64,000 nucleotides of DNA from Anaerolineales bacterium (lineage in GTDB: Bacteria > Chloroflexota > Anaerolineae > Anaerolineales > Villigracilaceae), in contig CP129480.1 in NCBI GenBank assembly GCA_030583885.1, positions 2,418,714 to 2,482,713 on the forward strand, given 5' to 3'. The translations under genes were made by a program, and so were the position numbers. Below, in pieces: positions 42,939 through 53,093 of the stretch; positions within the stretch are counted from its first letter, which is position 1, and every line of letters begins with the position of its first letter. Under the pieces are notes generated by a model. The model did not search any database. It worked only from the letters and a program-made list of their open reading frames with translations, and had not been told where the DNA came from.

Positions 42939-45482
42939 ATGCCCAATGATGATGTCACCCCCGTCCGCCAGCAGTATCTCGATATCAAAAAGGAATATCC
43001 CGACAGCGTTCTGTTCTTCCGCCTCGGCGATTTCTATGAAACCTTCGATGAAGACGCCGAGATCACCGCCCGCGAACTCGACATCGTGCTCACCTCGCGC
43101 CCCGTCGGCGGCGGCACGCGTGTGCCGCTTGCGGGCATCCCCTATCACGCCGTCGAAAATTATCTCGCGCGACTGATCGAAAAAGGTTATCACGTCGCCA
43201 TCTGCGAACAGGTCGGCGACCAGCCCGCGAAGGGGATCTTTCCGCGCAAGGTGGTGCGCGTCGTCACGCCTGGGACCGTGACCGAGCCGAGCCTTTTGCC
43301 CGGGGATGCGAACAACTATCTCGCCTCGCTTTTTCTCGACGGGCAAACTGCTTCTGTTTCTTATACCGACGTCACCACTGGAGAATTCGCCGTCACCGAG
43401 CTTCCGCTCGAAGCCCTGCGCGCCGAGTTGACGCGACTCCATCCCGCTGAAATCCTTTACCCCGATAATCAAACCCTGCCCGACGGCGTCACTGGTCACA
43501 CCACCGCGTTACCTTCATGGAAGTTCGAAGCTGGCAAATGCCGCGACACGTTATTGACACAATTCAAAGCCTCCACTTTGGATGGGTTTGGACTGAAAGC
43601 CAACAGTCTCTCCGTCCGTGCGGCGGGGGCGATCGTGCAATATCTCAAAGAGACCCAGCCCGACGCGCTCAACCTGCTCAACTCCCTGCGCTCGTACAGC
43701 CTGAACGAGTTCATGACGCTGGACGCCTCCACTCGCCGCAATTTGGAATTGGATGAAACGCTTCGGGGTGAAAGAAAAGGCTCTCTGCTCGGCACGCTTG
43801 ATCTGACCATCACCCCGATGGGAAAACGCCTCATCCAGCAATGGGTCAGCCAGCCGCTTTTGCATGTGGAAAAAATCCAACAGCGCCAGAACGGCGTGGA
43901 ACACTTCGTCCAGCAAGGCATGATCCGCGCGGAATTGCGCAGCGCGCTCAAGCCGCTCGCGGACTTGGAACGCCTGGTCAACCGCGTCATCGCAGGGCAG
44001 GCACAGCCGCGCGACCTAATCGCAATGCGAAGCACGCTGGCGCAACTCCCCACCGTGAAGGAAACCGTCACTCGCCAGGCATCCAAAATCAACGGGAAAT
44101 GGTCAGTCTGCGCAGAACAATTGTCTCTAATACAGAACGCCATTGACGATGATCCGCCTGCGACCCTGCAAAACACGGGCATCATCCGCGCGGGCTATTC
44201 GGCGGAACTCGATGGCGTAATCGACGCGTCCAAACATGCGCGGGATTGGATCGCCAACCTTGAATCCGTTGAAAGGCAAAAAACGGGAATCAAGACTCTC
44301 AAGGTTGGATACAACAAGGTCTTCGGCTATTACATCGAAATCTCGCGCGGCGCGGCGGAAAAGGCTCCCGCGCACTACATCCGCAAGCAGACATTGGTCA
44401 ATGCCGAACGCTTCATCACGCCGGAGATGAAGGAATACGAAACGCTGGTATTGAACGCGGAAGAGCGCGTCCGCGAAATTGAATTGCGATTGTTCAAGGA
44501 AATCTGTGCTGAACTGGCTAAAGCGGCGCATCAGTTGCTGTCCACTGCGCGGGCTGTCGCAGAGTTGGATGTGCTGTCCGCTCTGGGCGAAGTATCCGCT
44601 TTGAATGGTTACACCAGGCCCGAGGTCCATGAAGGAAGCGGATTGGACATCCATGATGGACGGCATCCCGTTGTGGAACAATTATTGAAGTCAGACAGAT
44701 ACATACCGAACGACGTCATCTTCGAAAAAGGCGAGATCGTGCGCATCATCACGGGACCGAACATGAGCGGCAAGTCCACGTACCTGCGGCAGACCGCCTT
44801 GATCGTGTTGATGGCGCAGATGGGATCGTTCGTCCCTGCGGCTTCGGCGAAGATCGGCCTCGTTGACCGCATCTTCACCCGCATCGGCGCGCAGGATGAA
44901 ATTCACGCGGGGCAGTCCACGTTCATGGTGGAGATGGTGGAGGCGGCGAACATTCTACATCACGCCACGTCGCGCAGCTTGTTGATACTCGATGAGATTG
45001 GGCGCGGTACTTCGACGTATGACGGCTTGTCAATTGCATGGGGAATCATCGAATACATTCACAACCATCCGCACTTGCGCGCAAAGACCCTGTTCGCCAC
45101 GCATTACCACGAACTGACTCAACTCGCTGACCTTCTGCCCGGCATTCGCAACTACAATGTCGCTGTAAGCGAAGCGGATAACAAAGTGGTCTTCCTGCAC
45201 AAGATCATCCCCGGCGGCGCGGACCGCTCGTACGGCATTCACGTCGCACAACTGGCGGGCCTGCCCGCGCCCGTCATCGGACGTGCGAACGAGATCATGG
45301 CGGAGTTGGAAAAGTCCGCAGCGCGTGGCGTGAGAATCAACCCACAGGCGGCGCAACAGGCGGCATTGTTCCCCGAAACAAATCCATTGCTCGATGAGAT
45401 CAAGGAACTGGACATCAACGCCCTATCGCCAATTCAAGCGTTAAACAAGTTGTTCGAATGGCAGAAGAGGTTTACGAAATAG
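42939..45482 (+). CDS. mutS: DNA mismatch repair protein MutS
   Basis: FFRLGDFYETF, GPNMSGKSTYLRQ, STFMVEM, DEIGRGT, FATHYHEL, SYGIHVA. Confidence 0.97.
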   Translation: MPNDDVTPVRQQYLDIKKEYPDSVLFFRLGDFYETFDEDAEITARELDIVLTSRPVGGGTRVPLAGIPYHAVENYLARLIEKGYHVAICEQVGDQPAKGIFPRKVVRVVTPGTVTEPSLLPGDANNYLASLFLDGQTASVSYTDVTTGEFAVTELPLEALRAELTRLHPAEILYPDNQTLPDGVTGHTTALPSWKFEAGKCRDTLLTQFKASTLDGFGLKANSLSVRAAGAIVQYLKETQPDALNLLNSLRSYSLNEFMTLDASTRRNLELDETLRGERKGSLLGTLDLTITPMGKRLIQQWVSQPLLHVEKIQQRQNGVEHFVQQGMIRAELRSALKPLADLERLVNRVIAGQAQPRDLIAMRSTLAQLPTVKETVTRQASKINGKWSVCAEQLSLIQNAIDDDPPATLQNTGIIRAGYSAELDGVIDASKHARDWIANLESVERQKTGIKTLKVGYNKVFGYYIEISRGAAEKAPAHYIRKQTLVNAERFITPEMKEYETLVLNAEERVREIELRLFKEICAELAKAAHQLLSTARAVAELDVLSALGEVSALNGYTRPEVHEGSGLDIHDGRHPVVEQLLKSDRYIPNDVIFEKGEIVRIITGPNMSGKSTYLRQTALIVLMAQMGSFVPAASAKIGLVDRIFTRIGAQDEIHAGQSTFMVEMVEAANILHHATSRSLLILDEIGRGTSTYDGLSIAWGIIEYIHNHPHLRAKTLFATHYHELTQLADLLPGIRNYNVAVSEADNKVVFLHKIIPGGADRSYGIHVAQLAGLPAPVIGRANEIMAELEKSAARGVRINPQAAQQAALFPETNPLLDEIKELDINALSPIQALNKLFEWQKRFTK

Positions 45483-45534
45483 ACGGGAACCTTCCGGCCT
45501 GCAAGGGCGTCATTGCTCCTATCATGGAGACCCA

Positions 45535-46260
45535 ATGACAAAAAACCTGATTCCTTTCCTTTTAACTATGGCAGTATCGGTGACAGCGTGTGCGACTCAC
45601 AGGGATACTGCCCCCGTACTCCTGCCGGACGGCGCAACGACGCTTCCTTCCCCGACTGATACACCAGTTCCTCTTCCTCAAGCAGGCCCTGCCGCTGAAA
45701 CACCCTCCGCTGCATGGAGGGAAGTCCGCGATGCCCGCTACGGCTTCGGACTGGCAATCCCCTGCTGGTGGATCGTAAGCCCCATCCCCCCGCAGGGAGT
45801 GGGCGGTGTGATGACCATTAGCAATTATGACGAAGCGTACTTCATGGCAAATTCCCAAAAAGGCTTTTGGGATTGGCCCAACGGCGCACTCAAGATCGAG
45901 ATCGTGGTAATCGAAGATGCGAATCCGCAACTTTCCGATACGGATGCCTATATGGAACTGGTGGATACGAATATGCAAGCTCTTATATCTTCTGAAACAC
46001 GGCAAACTGGCGCGCATCCTGCCGCCGTACTGACCCTGCAAAATTTGGTCAACCAGAATGACCCGCCTATTCGCGTCTTCATCCACCGGCTTGCTCCTGA
46101 CAAATTGATCCTGATCAACCCCATACCCCAGGGCATCCTCGATACACCCGATTTTCAGACGCTCCTTTCCACCATGGTACTGACCCCGCAGGAGGCAATC
46201 ACGATTCCATCAACGCCGCCCGCTGAAACACCGCTAATCAATGCAGTTTGCATGCAATAG
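45535..46260 (+). CDS. Hypothetical lipoprotein
   Basis: Lipobox VTAC, Pro/Thr linker, YGFGLAIPCWW. Confidence 0.65.
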   Translation: MTKNLIPFLLTMAVSVTACATHRDTAPVLLPDGATTLPSPTDTPVPLPQAGPAAETPSAAWREVRDARYGFGLAIPCWWIVSPIPPQGVGGVMTISNYDEAYFMANSQKGFWDWPNGALKIEIVVIEDANPQLSDTDAYMELVDTNMQALISSETRQTGAHPAAVLTLQNLVNQNDPPIRVFIHRLAPDKLILINPIPQGILDTPDFQTLLSTMVLTPQEAITIPSTPPAETPLINAVCMQ

Positions 46261-46303
46261 ACAGAAGCAGAACTCCGGGAGAACAAGCCTCGGAGTTCTG
46301 CTT

Positions 46304-46841
46304 TTAGGTAATCTTCTCGTATGACAGTATCATTGTCAACATGGACGTCTCGCAATGATAGATACGGTACGACGCCTCATCCCGAAATATCCTGCTGATA
46401 TCCTCTCCAAAGGTGAAACTCGTTTTCCCTACAATGACATAATACGCCGCACCAACGCTGGAATGGCTTGTGTCCAATTCAACCACCCCTTCCGCTTTCA
46501 AATCCCCGGGGTTGGACAACCGGTCCGCGTGCCGGTCGGCAAAATAAATACTCGCGGCAAAGATCAAAACAATAAGGGGACAATGCAAATAAGAACCGCC
46601 AAATTCACCCGGCTGGAAAAGAAGGCGGCTCGCGCATCCGCATTTGAAAGAGCTGTTGCCAAAATAATGCAAAGACCAAGGAACGGGAAGATGCCGCCGC
46701 TCTGACACTTCCCCGCTGTGTGCTGCGAATTCCGCTCCCAAAATTATCAAGCCATTCCCTCTGCCCGCCGCTGACAAACCCGTTCTTATTTGATTTCAAA
46801 TCCGATTCCGTAAACTCATACATCGGTAAACTCATACATCG
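46304..46841 (-). pseudogene. Degraded membrane-protein gene with two apparent frameshifts and a 16-bp tandem duplication over the start
   Basis: Protein-like text passes through three frames (MYEFTESDLKSNK... / IFPFLGLCIILA... / LIVLIFAASIYFA...ILSYEKIT); GTAAACTCATACATCG x2 at 46810-46841. Confidence 0.6.
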
Positions 46842-46852
46842 GTAATTAATTC

Positions 46853-47440
46853 CTATTTCACTACAAAAACGAACGGGCAAAGTCCGTGCAGCACAACTTC
46901 GCTTTTCACCAGCCGGGCTACCGAACGCTCAAGAGCCTCCTCCAGCATGGCTGCATCCATTTTACACAGTTCAGGATGTCCCTCAATCACCTTTGAGTAC
47001 GGGCAGCGCCCAAGGAACACCCGCGGCCCATCCGCCCCCGCCTCCCAATGCGCCTGATAATGCATTTCGTTCAGTTTCAATACAAGCCCAGCCAACCTCC
47101 TTGTCATCGGTTGGTTTGCCGCAGGGTCAGCCTGCGCATGAGACTGTGCAATTCGCTTCCCGATTTTTACCGCATCGAACTTTTCCTTCAAAAGGGCGTC
47201 CGTCAAAACGGACAGATTGTCCTGCAACGCAGTTTGCGACACCGAATATAGCTTTTCAGGCCTGCCGCGTCCTTCGCGGTTGTGTAGCGCCGTCATCTCG
47301 ACCCGTCCATCCGAACACAGGATGGACAGGTGATGCCGCACATTCGGAGCAGACATCCTCAATGCGCGCGCAATCTCACGCGCCGAAGCAGAGCGTTTTT
47401 TTTTGAGATGGTTCAATACTTTTTGGCGGGAGGTATACAT
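46853..47440 (-). CDS. SufR-like HTH transcriptional regulator with C-terminal Cys motif
   Basis: REIARALRMSAPNVRHHL...GRGRPEKLY; CPY...HPELC...CPF. Confidence 0.75.
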   Translation of the reverse strand: MYTSRQKVLNHLKKKRSASAREIARALRMSAPNVRHHLSILCSDGRVEMTALHNREGRGRPEKLYSVSQTALQDNLSVLTDALLKEKFDAVKIGKRIAQSHAQADPAANQPMTRRLAGLVLKLNEMHYQAHWEAGADGPRVFLGRCPYSKVIEGHPELCKMDAAMLEEALERSVARLVKSEVVLHGLCPFVFVVK

Positions 47441-47600
47441 GTTGCTCTTGGTTTTTTGGTCGAGGTGGAAAATGCTCATTAAACACGCCCGGCTGTCAGT
47501 CAAGGACGAAGCAGGCTTGTCATCCATTCGCCATGATTATACTCACTTCTTTATTTTTGCAAATATATTTTTTCATAATTAAATCGAGTTTTACTTTCCC

Positions 47601-47610
47601 ATGCTATAAT
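47601..47610 (+). promoter_or_regulatory. Extended -10 promoter for the iscX-nuo operon
   Basis: TGCTATAAT about 40 nt upstream of the iscX ATG, in the AT-rich divergent intergenic region. Confidence 0.6.
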
Positions 47611-47645
47611 CCGCCAATTGTGAAGGAAAACACCACCAATACCCG

Positions 47646-47855
47646 ATGACTCTTATTTGGGAATCCACCTACGCCATTGCATTGGAATTGCGCAGGCAGC
47701 ACAAGGATGTAAAACTCGAAGAAGTGAGCCTGCAACAAATCTACATATGGACGCTTGAACTTTCGGAATTTGAGGATGATCCCGCACTCGCAAACGACGA
47801 CATCCTGTATGCAATCTATCAAGACTGGTTCGAGGAGAACATTCATGGAAAATGA
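47646..47855 (+). CDS. iscX: Fe-S cluster assembly protein IscX (YfhJ)
   Basis: W....IALEL...H......V....IY.W...L.EFEDDP...NDDIL.AI...WFEE pattern matches IscX. Confidence 0.8.
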   Translation: MTLIWESTYAIALELRRQHKDVKLEEVSLQQIYIWTLELSEFEDDPALANDDILYAIYQDWFEENIHGK

Positions 47856-48483
47856 AAAGCTGAGTTTACCGAACTACAACATTCCAGAGGATATTGAAAA
47901 TGCTGTAGCCATCACCACGCTTGACAGGCTGTATAACTGGGGACGCCGCTCGTCGGTCTGGCCCCTGATGTTTGGCCTGGCATGCTGCGCCATTGAGATG
48001 ATCGCCGCGCAAGCCTCACGCTACGACATGGCGCGCTTCGGGATGGAGGTCATGCGCCCCACCCCGCGCCAGGCGGACATGATGCTGGTCTCCGGCACCG
48101 TCACAAAAAAAATGCTCCCATCCATCATCCGTTTATATAACCAGATGCCCGAACCAAAATACGTGGTGGCAATGGGTGCATGCGCCACGAGCGGCGGACC
48201 CTTCAAGGAAGGCTACAATGTCGTCGCAGGCATTGATAAATTCCTGCCCGTTGATGTATACATCCCCGGCTGCCCTCCCACCCCACAGGCGTTGATCGCA
48301 GGTCTTATCAAGCTGCAGGAAAAGATCGACAGGCAATCCATCAAGAAGGTCCGCTGGTATCAAAAGGGCAGGGTGGACGCAAACTATGTGCCCATGCCAA
48401 TTTTGGGACCCGACCTGATCGACGTGCGCCGCAACGCGGAATACAAACAAGCCGCCGCAGCCAAACAGGAAGGTGCGTCATGA
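47845..48483 (+). CDS. nuoB: NADH-quinone oxidoreductase subunit B
   Basis: [36 protein letters not shown]. Confidence 0.95.
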   Translation: MENEKLSLPNYNIPEDIENAVAITTLDRLYNWGRRSSVWPLMFGLACCAIEMIAAQASRYDMARFGMEVMRPTPRQADMMLVSGTVTKKMLPSIIRLYNQMPEPKYVVAMGACATSGGPFKEGYNVVAGIDKFLPVDVYIPGCPPTPQALIAGLIKLQEKIDRQSIKKVRWYQKGRVDANYVPMPILGPDLIDVRRNAEYKQAAAAKQEGAS

Positions 48484-50225
48484 GCGCTCCCGCCTCAACC
48501 CTGACCGTTGACCTGGCTGGCCGTTTCCCGAACTTCGTCACTGCTGATGAACGCCCTGGTTTTACAGGCTTCATCGTCAATAAAGACAACCTCATGGAAG
48601 TGGCAACCGCCGTTCGCGACGAATTCGGCTACGACCTGCTCACGTCTGTCACCGGCGTGGACTATATTGCCGAAAACAAAATGGAAGTGGTCTATCATGC
48701 CTACAAAACCAGCGGCGGGCCGGGCCTGGTCTTCAAAGTCCAGGTCGACCGTGTTGACCCGGTCGAAGTCCCCTCGCTCATCAATATTTGGGCGGGTGTG
48801 GATTTCCAGGAGCGTGAAGCCTGGGACTTGATGGGCATCCGCTTCACAGGCCACCCGGACCTGCGCCGCATTTTGATGTGGGAAGGTTACGACGGCCACC
48901 CGCTCCGCAAGGATTGGAAGGAGCCTTTCTTCGAAGAGGAGACAAAGCCTTTCAAGAGCCGCTGGCCTGAGGGCAATCATGTCTTCTCCGAGGACAAGAA
49001 TCCGTTCCGCGATAACCTCAGGTTCCCGGAAGGTTTCGACCCCGAAAATTACGCACCTGAAAATGAGGACGACCTGTACGCCTCGCTTGAACGATTCAGA
49101 TCCAAAGGCGATGACGACAGGCTGAAGACCGACCACCTCGTGGTCAACATGGGTCCACACCATCCATCCATGCACGGCGTGCTGCGCGTGGCGGTGACAT
49201 TGGAAGGCGAGACCATCACCGGGCTCAAACCCGTAGTGGGCTACCTGCACCGCAACCACGACAAGATTGGCGAACGCAACACCTATCTCCAGATCATCCC
49301 CTATACCGACCGCCTCGATTACTTCAACTCGATGATGAACAACTTTGGGTATGTGACCACGGTTGAAAAATTGATGAAGATCCCCGTCGCGGAACGCGCG
49401 GAGTACATCCGCGTGATCATGGCGGAGTTGAGCCGCATACAAAACCACTTGATCTTCATCGGCATGTTGATCAACGATCTTGGCTCCATGTACACGCCCT
49501 CGCTGTATGCCTTTGAAGAACGGGAATTGATCCTCGATATCTTCGAAGCCGTCTCCGGGGCGCGCATGATGTGCAACTACTTCCGCTTTGGGGGCGTGGT
49601 GCGCGATGTCCCTGATGACGTTTTGCTAAAGATAAAGGATTTGGTCTACGACCGCCTCCCCGCCAAGACCGATGAAATGGAACGCCTGCTGAGCGAGAAC
49701 GAGATCCTGGTTGCACGCCTGAAGGGCGTACGGGTTTTGAATGCGGAAGATGCCATCCGCTACTCGGTCACCGGACCTGTCCTGCGTGCCGCCGGCGTAC
49801 CTTATGACCTGCGCCGTGCAGACCCGTACTCCGTCTATGACCGTTTCGATTTCGATGTGGCGGTCCGATACAGCGGCGACATGATGGATAATTACCTCAT
49901 CCGCTTCGATGAGATACGGCAGTCCCTGCAGATATTGGAACAGGCCCTCAAGCAATTGCCCGGGGGACCGATCAACTCGCAGAAACCACAATACCAGGTT
50001 CGGGTTCCGGCAGGCGAGGCGTATGGCCGCATCGAGTCGCCCAAAGGCGAACTGGCGTTCTACGTTGTGTCGAACGGCAAGCCAAATCCATACCGTTACC
50101 ACGTGCGCCCGCCCTCGTTCGTCAACCTGACCGCCATTGAAACGATGTGTGTCGGCACAAAGATCGCAGACTTCGTTGCCCTGCTTGCCATGCTCGACAT
50201 CGTGATGGGCGAACTGGACCGCTAA
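48480..50225 (+). CDS. nuoCD: NADH-quinone oxidoreductase fused subunit C/D
   Basis: [21 protein letters not shown]...HPLRKD (C); [32 protein letters not shown] (D). Confidence 0.93.
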   Translation: MSAPASTLTVDLAGRFPNFVTADERPGFTGFIVNKDNLMEVATAVRDEFGYDLLTSVTGVDYIAENKMEVVYHAYKTSGGPGLVFKVQVDRVDPVEVPSLINIWAGVDFQEREAWDLMGIRFTGHPDLRRILMWEGYDGHPLRKDWKEPFFEEETKPFKSRWPEGNHVFSEDKNPFRDNLRFPEGFDPENYAPENEDDLYASLERFRSKGDDDRLKTDHLVVNMGPHHPSMHGVLRVAVTLEGETITGLKPVVGYLHRNHDKIGERNTYLQIIPYTDRLDYFNSMMNNFGYVTTVEKLMKIPVAERAEYIRVIMAELSRIQNHLIFIGMLINDLGSMYTPSLYAFEERELILDIFEAVSGARMMCNYFRFGGVVRDVPDDVLLKIKDLVYDRLPAKTDEMERLLSENEILVARLKGVRVLNAEDAIRYSVTGPVLRAAGVPYDLRRADPYSVYDRFDFDVAVRYSGDMMDNYLIRFDEIRQSLQILEQALKQLPGGPINSQKPQYQVRVPAGEAYGRIESPKGELAFYVVSNGKPNPYRYHVRPPSFVNLTAIETMCVGTKIADFVALLAMLDIVMGELDR

Positions 50226-50241
50226 TACAGGAGAGTAAATT

Positions 50242-50859
50242 ATGTATGGAAAAGGCATTCTTAAAGGATTAAGTGTCACCTGGAAGCGGTTCTGGAATAC
50301 ATATCTCGAGGATATTTCGTGGATGCTGCGCGGAAAGAAACGCTACAACACAGCCGAGGGCGTGGCACATCGGTCCAGCGCAAAAACCCGCGGCATCTTC
50401 ACGGTGCAATACCCGGAAGAACAGCTCCTGGCACCCGAAGAGTTCCGCTACATTCCGTTTTTGGTGTACGATGAAGGTGTGGACGGAAAAAAAGAAGTGC
50501 GCTGCACTTCGTGCGGGATCTGCGCAAAGGTTTGTCCGCCGCAATGTATCTGGATCGTGCGGACAAACGATCCATCCACCGGCAGACCCGTTCCGGTCCC
50601 GACCGATTTCTATATTGACATGGATATCTGCATGAACTGCGGTTTCTGCGCAGAGTACTGTCCGTTCGATGCGATCAAGATGGATCATGAATTCGACATC
50701 GCCTCGTTTGACCGCAACGTATACAACCTTGAGAAACTACTCAAGTCCGCGTCGTACTATGCCGGCATCCGCCCGCAGAATTACGCCCGCGAAGAGGAAG
50801 CCCGCAAGGAAAAGGAAGCGGCAAAGGCCGCCAAAGCCGAAGCAAAGTCTGCGGCATGA
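50242..50859 (+). CDS. nuoI: NADH-quinone oxidoreductase subunit I
   Basis: TVQYPEE, CTSCGICAKVCP, CMNCGFCAEYCP. Confidence 0.93.
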   Translation: MYGKGILKGLSVTWKRFWNTYLEDISWMLRGKKRYNTAEGVAHRSSAKTRGIFTVQYPEEQLLAPEEFRYIPFLVYDEGVDGKKEVRCTSCGICAKVCPPQCIWIVRTNDPSTGRPVPVPTDFYIDMDICMNCGFCAEYCPFDAIKMDHEFDIASFDRNVYNLEKLLKSASYYAGIRPQNYAREEEARKEKEAAKAAKAEAKSAA

Positions 50860-50942
50860 CTAAGGAGACACGAAGAGCCTGCAGCCTGCAAGGGTTTAAT
50901 GGCCTTCCGCTTCGTGTGAAAAGGTTTTAATTGGTACAGCAA

Positions 50943-52022
50943 ATGACAACTCGTATTACAAAAGAAGCGGTACTATCCGCACTGGGAACCGTGCAGGAAC
51001 CCGATCTCGGTCAGGACCTGGTTACGCTCAACATGATCCGAAACCTCGAAATCCAGGGAGATCAAGTCTCCTTTAGCGTAATGCTCACCACCCCTGCCTG
51101 TCCGCTAAAAGGAAAGATCGAAGCAGACTGCCGCAATGCCCTAAAGACCGTCGAGGGCATAAAAACGGTCGAAATCAAAATGGACTCGGATGTTCCGAAC
51201 GATGGGCGCATGCGCGGACTGGTCAATATGCCCATCCGCAACGCGATTGCAATCGGTTCAGGGAAAGGCGGCGTCGGCAAGTCCACGGTCTCTGTCAATG
51301 TGGCGGTGGCGCTGGCACTGACGGGCGCACGGGTCGGATTGCTGGACGCGGACATATACGGTCCCAACACACCCACCATGCTTGGCGTGGAAAAACTCCC
51401 GCCTCCCGACGGGCAAAAGCTTATCCCTGCGCAGGCGTACGGCTTGAAAATGGTCTCCATGGGTTTGCTGGTCAAGCCTGGTCAGCCGTTGATCTGGCGC
51501 GGACCCATGCTTAATTCCGCCATCCGCCAGTTTTTGGGCGATGTTGAATGGGGTGAATTAGATTACCTCATTGTAGATCTGCCCCCAGGGACGGGCGATG
51601 CGGCTCTTTCCCTAGCCCAGGCACTGCCGCTCAGCGGAGCGGTCATCGTTACGCTTCCACAGCTGGTCTCACTCGAAGACGCAGCACGCGGACTCAACAT
51701 GTTCAAACAGCTGGAAGTGCCCATCCTGGGGATCATCGAGAATATGTCTCACCTTGAATTGCCCGATGGGACGCGCATGGACATCTTCGGTTCAGGCGGC
51801 GGTGAGCAGTTGGCGCAGGCAACGGAGACGACCTTCCTGGGCAAATTACCAATTGACCAGAATGTCCGCATCGGCGGGGACAGTGGCAAGCCGATCGTCG
51901 TCAGTTTCCCCGACTCACCCGTGGCGCAAGCCTTTACGGAGATTTCACAGAAGATCGCCCAGCAAGTATCCGTTGCAGCGCTTGGTGCGAACAACACCCT
52001 GCCGATCAATATTGTGGAATAG
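50943..52022 (+). CDS. mrp: Mrp/ApbC (NBP35) Fe-S cluster carrier ATPase
   Basis: V.EPDLGQDLV...TTPACP, SGKGGVGKST, WRGPM, DLPPGTGD, IIENMS. Confidence 0.93.
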   Translation: MTTRITKEAVLSALGTVQEPDLGQDLVTLNMIRNLEIQGDQVSFSVMLTTPACPLKGKIEADCRNALKTVEGIKTVEIKMDSDVPNDGRMRGLVNMPIRNAIAIGSGKGGVGKSTVSVNVAVALALTGARVGLLDADIYGPNTPTMLGVEKLPPPDGQKLIPAQAYGLKMVSMGLLVKPGQPLIWRGPMLNSAIRQFLGDVEWGELDYLIVDLPPGTGDAALSLAQALPLSGAVIVTLPQLVSLEDAARGLNMFKQLEVPILGIIENMSHLELPDGTRMDIFGSGGGEQLAQATETTFLGKLPIDQNVRIGGDSGKPIVVSFPDSPVAQAFTEISQKIAQQVSVAALGANNTLPINIVE

Positions 52023-52887
52023 ACCTCTTGCATAAGTGTGCCATAATAGGCACATGAACTATAAGACAATCGCACATCTCAAAGGTAGTGACTTCAAACG
52101 GCTAACTGGCGTCCAGCGCGAAACCTTCGAGCAGATGCTCACAGTCATTGAGAAAGGGCTGCGAGACTTCGGGAGACCGCCAAAACTGAGCCGAGCCGAT
52201 CAGTTGTTGATGACCTTGATGTACTGGCGAGAATATCGCACAGAATTTCATATTGCGCAATCCTATGGTGTCAGTGAAGCAACCGTTTGCCGCACCATTC
52301 GCAAGGTAGAGGAGGCCTTAGTCCGTTCAAAAAAGTTTCGTTTGCCTGGCAAAAAGGCACTCCAAGCCAGTGACACGGTGTTCGAGGTAGTGCTGGTTGA
52401 TGTCAGCGAACAGCCAGTGGAACGTCCAAAAAAAGCCAAAAACGGCATTACAGTGGCAAAAAGAAGCGTCACACCCAAAAAGCGCAGGTGATGGCTGATC
52501 GAAAAAGTACCCAAATCATAACCACCGCCTTTAGTCATGGAAGCAAACACGACTTCCAACTGTTCAAAGACGATGCCTGTGAGTTCTCTGAACATCTGCG
52601 TATTCTGGCAGATGCGGGCTATCAAGGATTGATGGAGTTTCATCAGAACAGTCAAACACCCTTCAAGAAATCCAAATACCATGCTCTGACGAAACGAGAG
52701 AAACAGAGCAATCGAAGCTTGGCACGGAAACGGATTGTGATTGAGCATATATTCCGTAAGTTGAAAGTGTTTCGCATTTTGAGCGAGAGGTATCGCAATC
52801 GTAGAAAGAGATTTGCTTTGCGCTTCAACCTGATTGCTGCTATTTACAACCTTGAACTCAACTCAATTTGACTTTTGCAAGAGGTCT
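52021..52887 (+). mobile_element. IS5-family (ISL2/IS702-like) insertion sequence
   Basis: Terminal IRs AGACCTCTTGCATAAGT / ACTTTTGCAAGAGGTCT (1 mismatch); AAT (or TA) target duplication; split transposase. Confidence 0.92.
52054..52871 (+). CDS. IS5-family transposase, two ORFs joined by a probable -1 frameshift at A7G (52428-52435)
   Basis: ORF1 FKRLTGV...GRPPKLS...D.SEQPVERPKK; -1 frame KSQKRHYSGKKKRHT.KAQ...HDFQLF...ADAGYQG...RIVIEH. Confidence 0.88.
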
Positions 52888-52907
52888 AATAAGCAACTCA
52901 ACCCATT

Positions 52908-52947
52908 CAACAAACCTGATCCGTTTATGCGATCAGGTTTGTTGTTT
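52908..52947 (+). terminator. Terminator of the nuo-mrp operon, now displaced downstream of the IS5
   Basis: CAACAAACCTGATC-CGTTTATGC-GATCAGGTTTGTTG then TTT. Confidence 0.7.
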
Positions 52948-53093
52948 AATAACCTGGTACAAAGGGGGCATATTCCATTATTAATTAACAAGCACCATCG
53001 GTGTTATCGCTTGGTCTCGAAGACCCTTTTTAGATCTACGGAGGCCGATATGAATACGTTAATGGGTATTGTTATCAAAGTATCATTTATTCT

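Noticed and set aside
48480-50225. Possible group 4 [NiFe]-hydrogenase large subunit
   Set aside because: Lacks both Ni-binding CxxC motifs; has RLDY and DIVMGELDR, typical of complex I NuoD.
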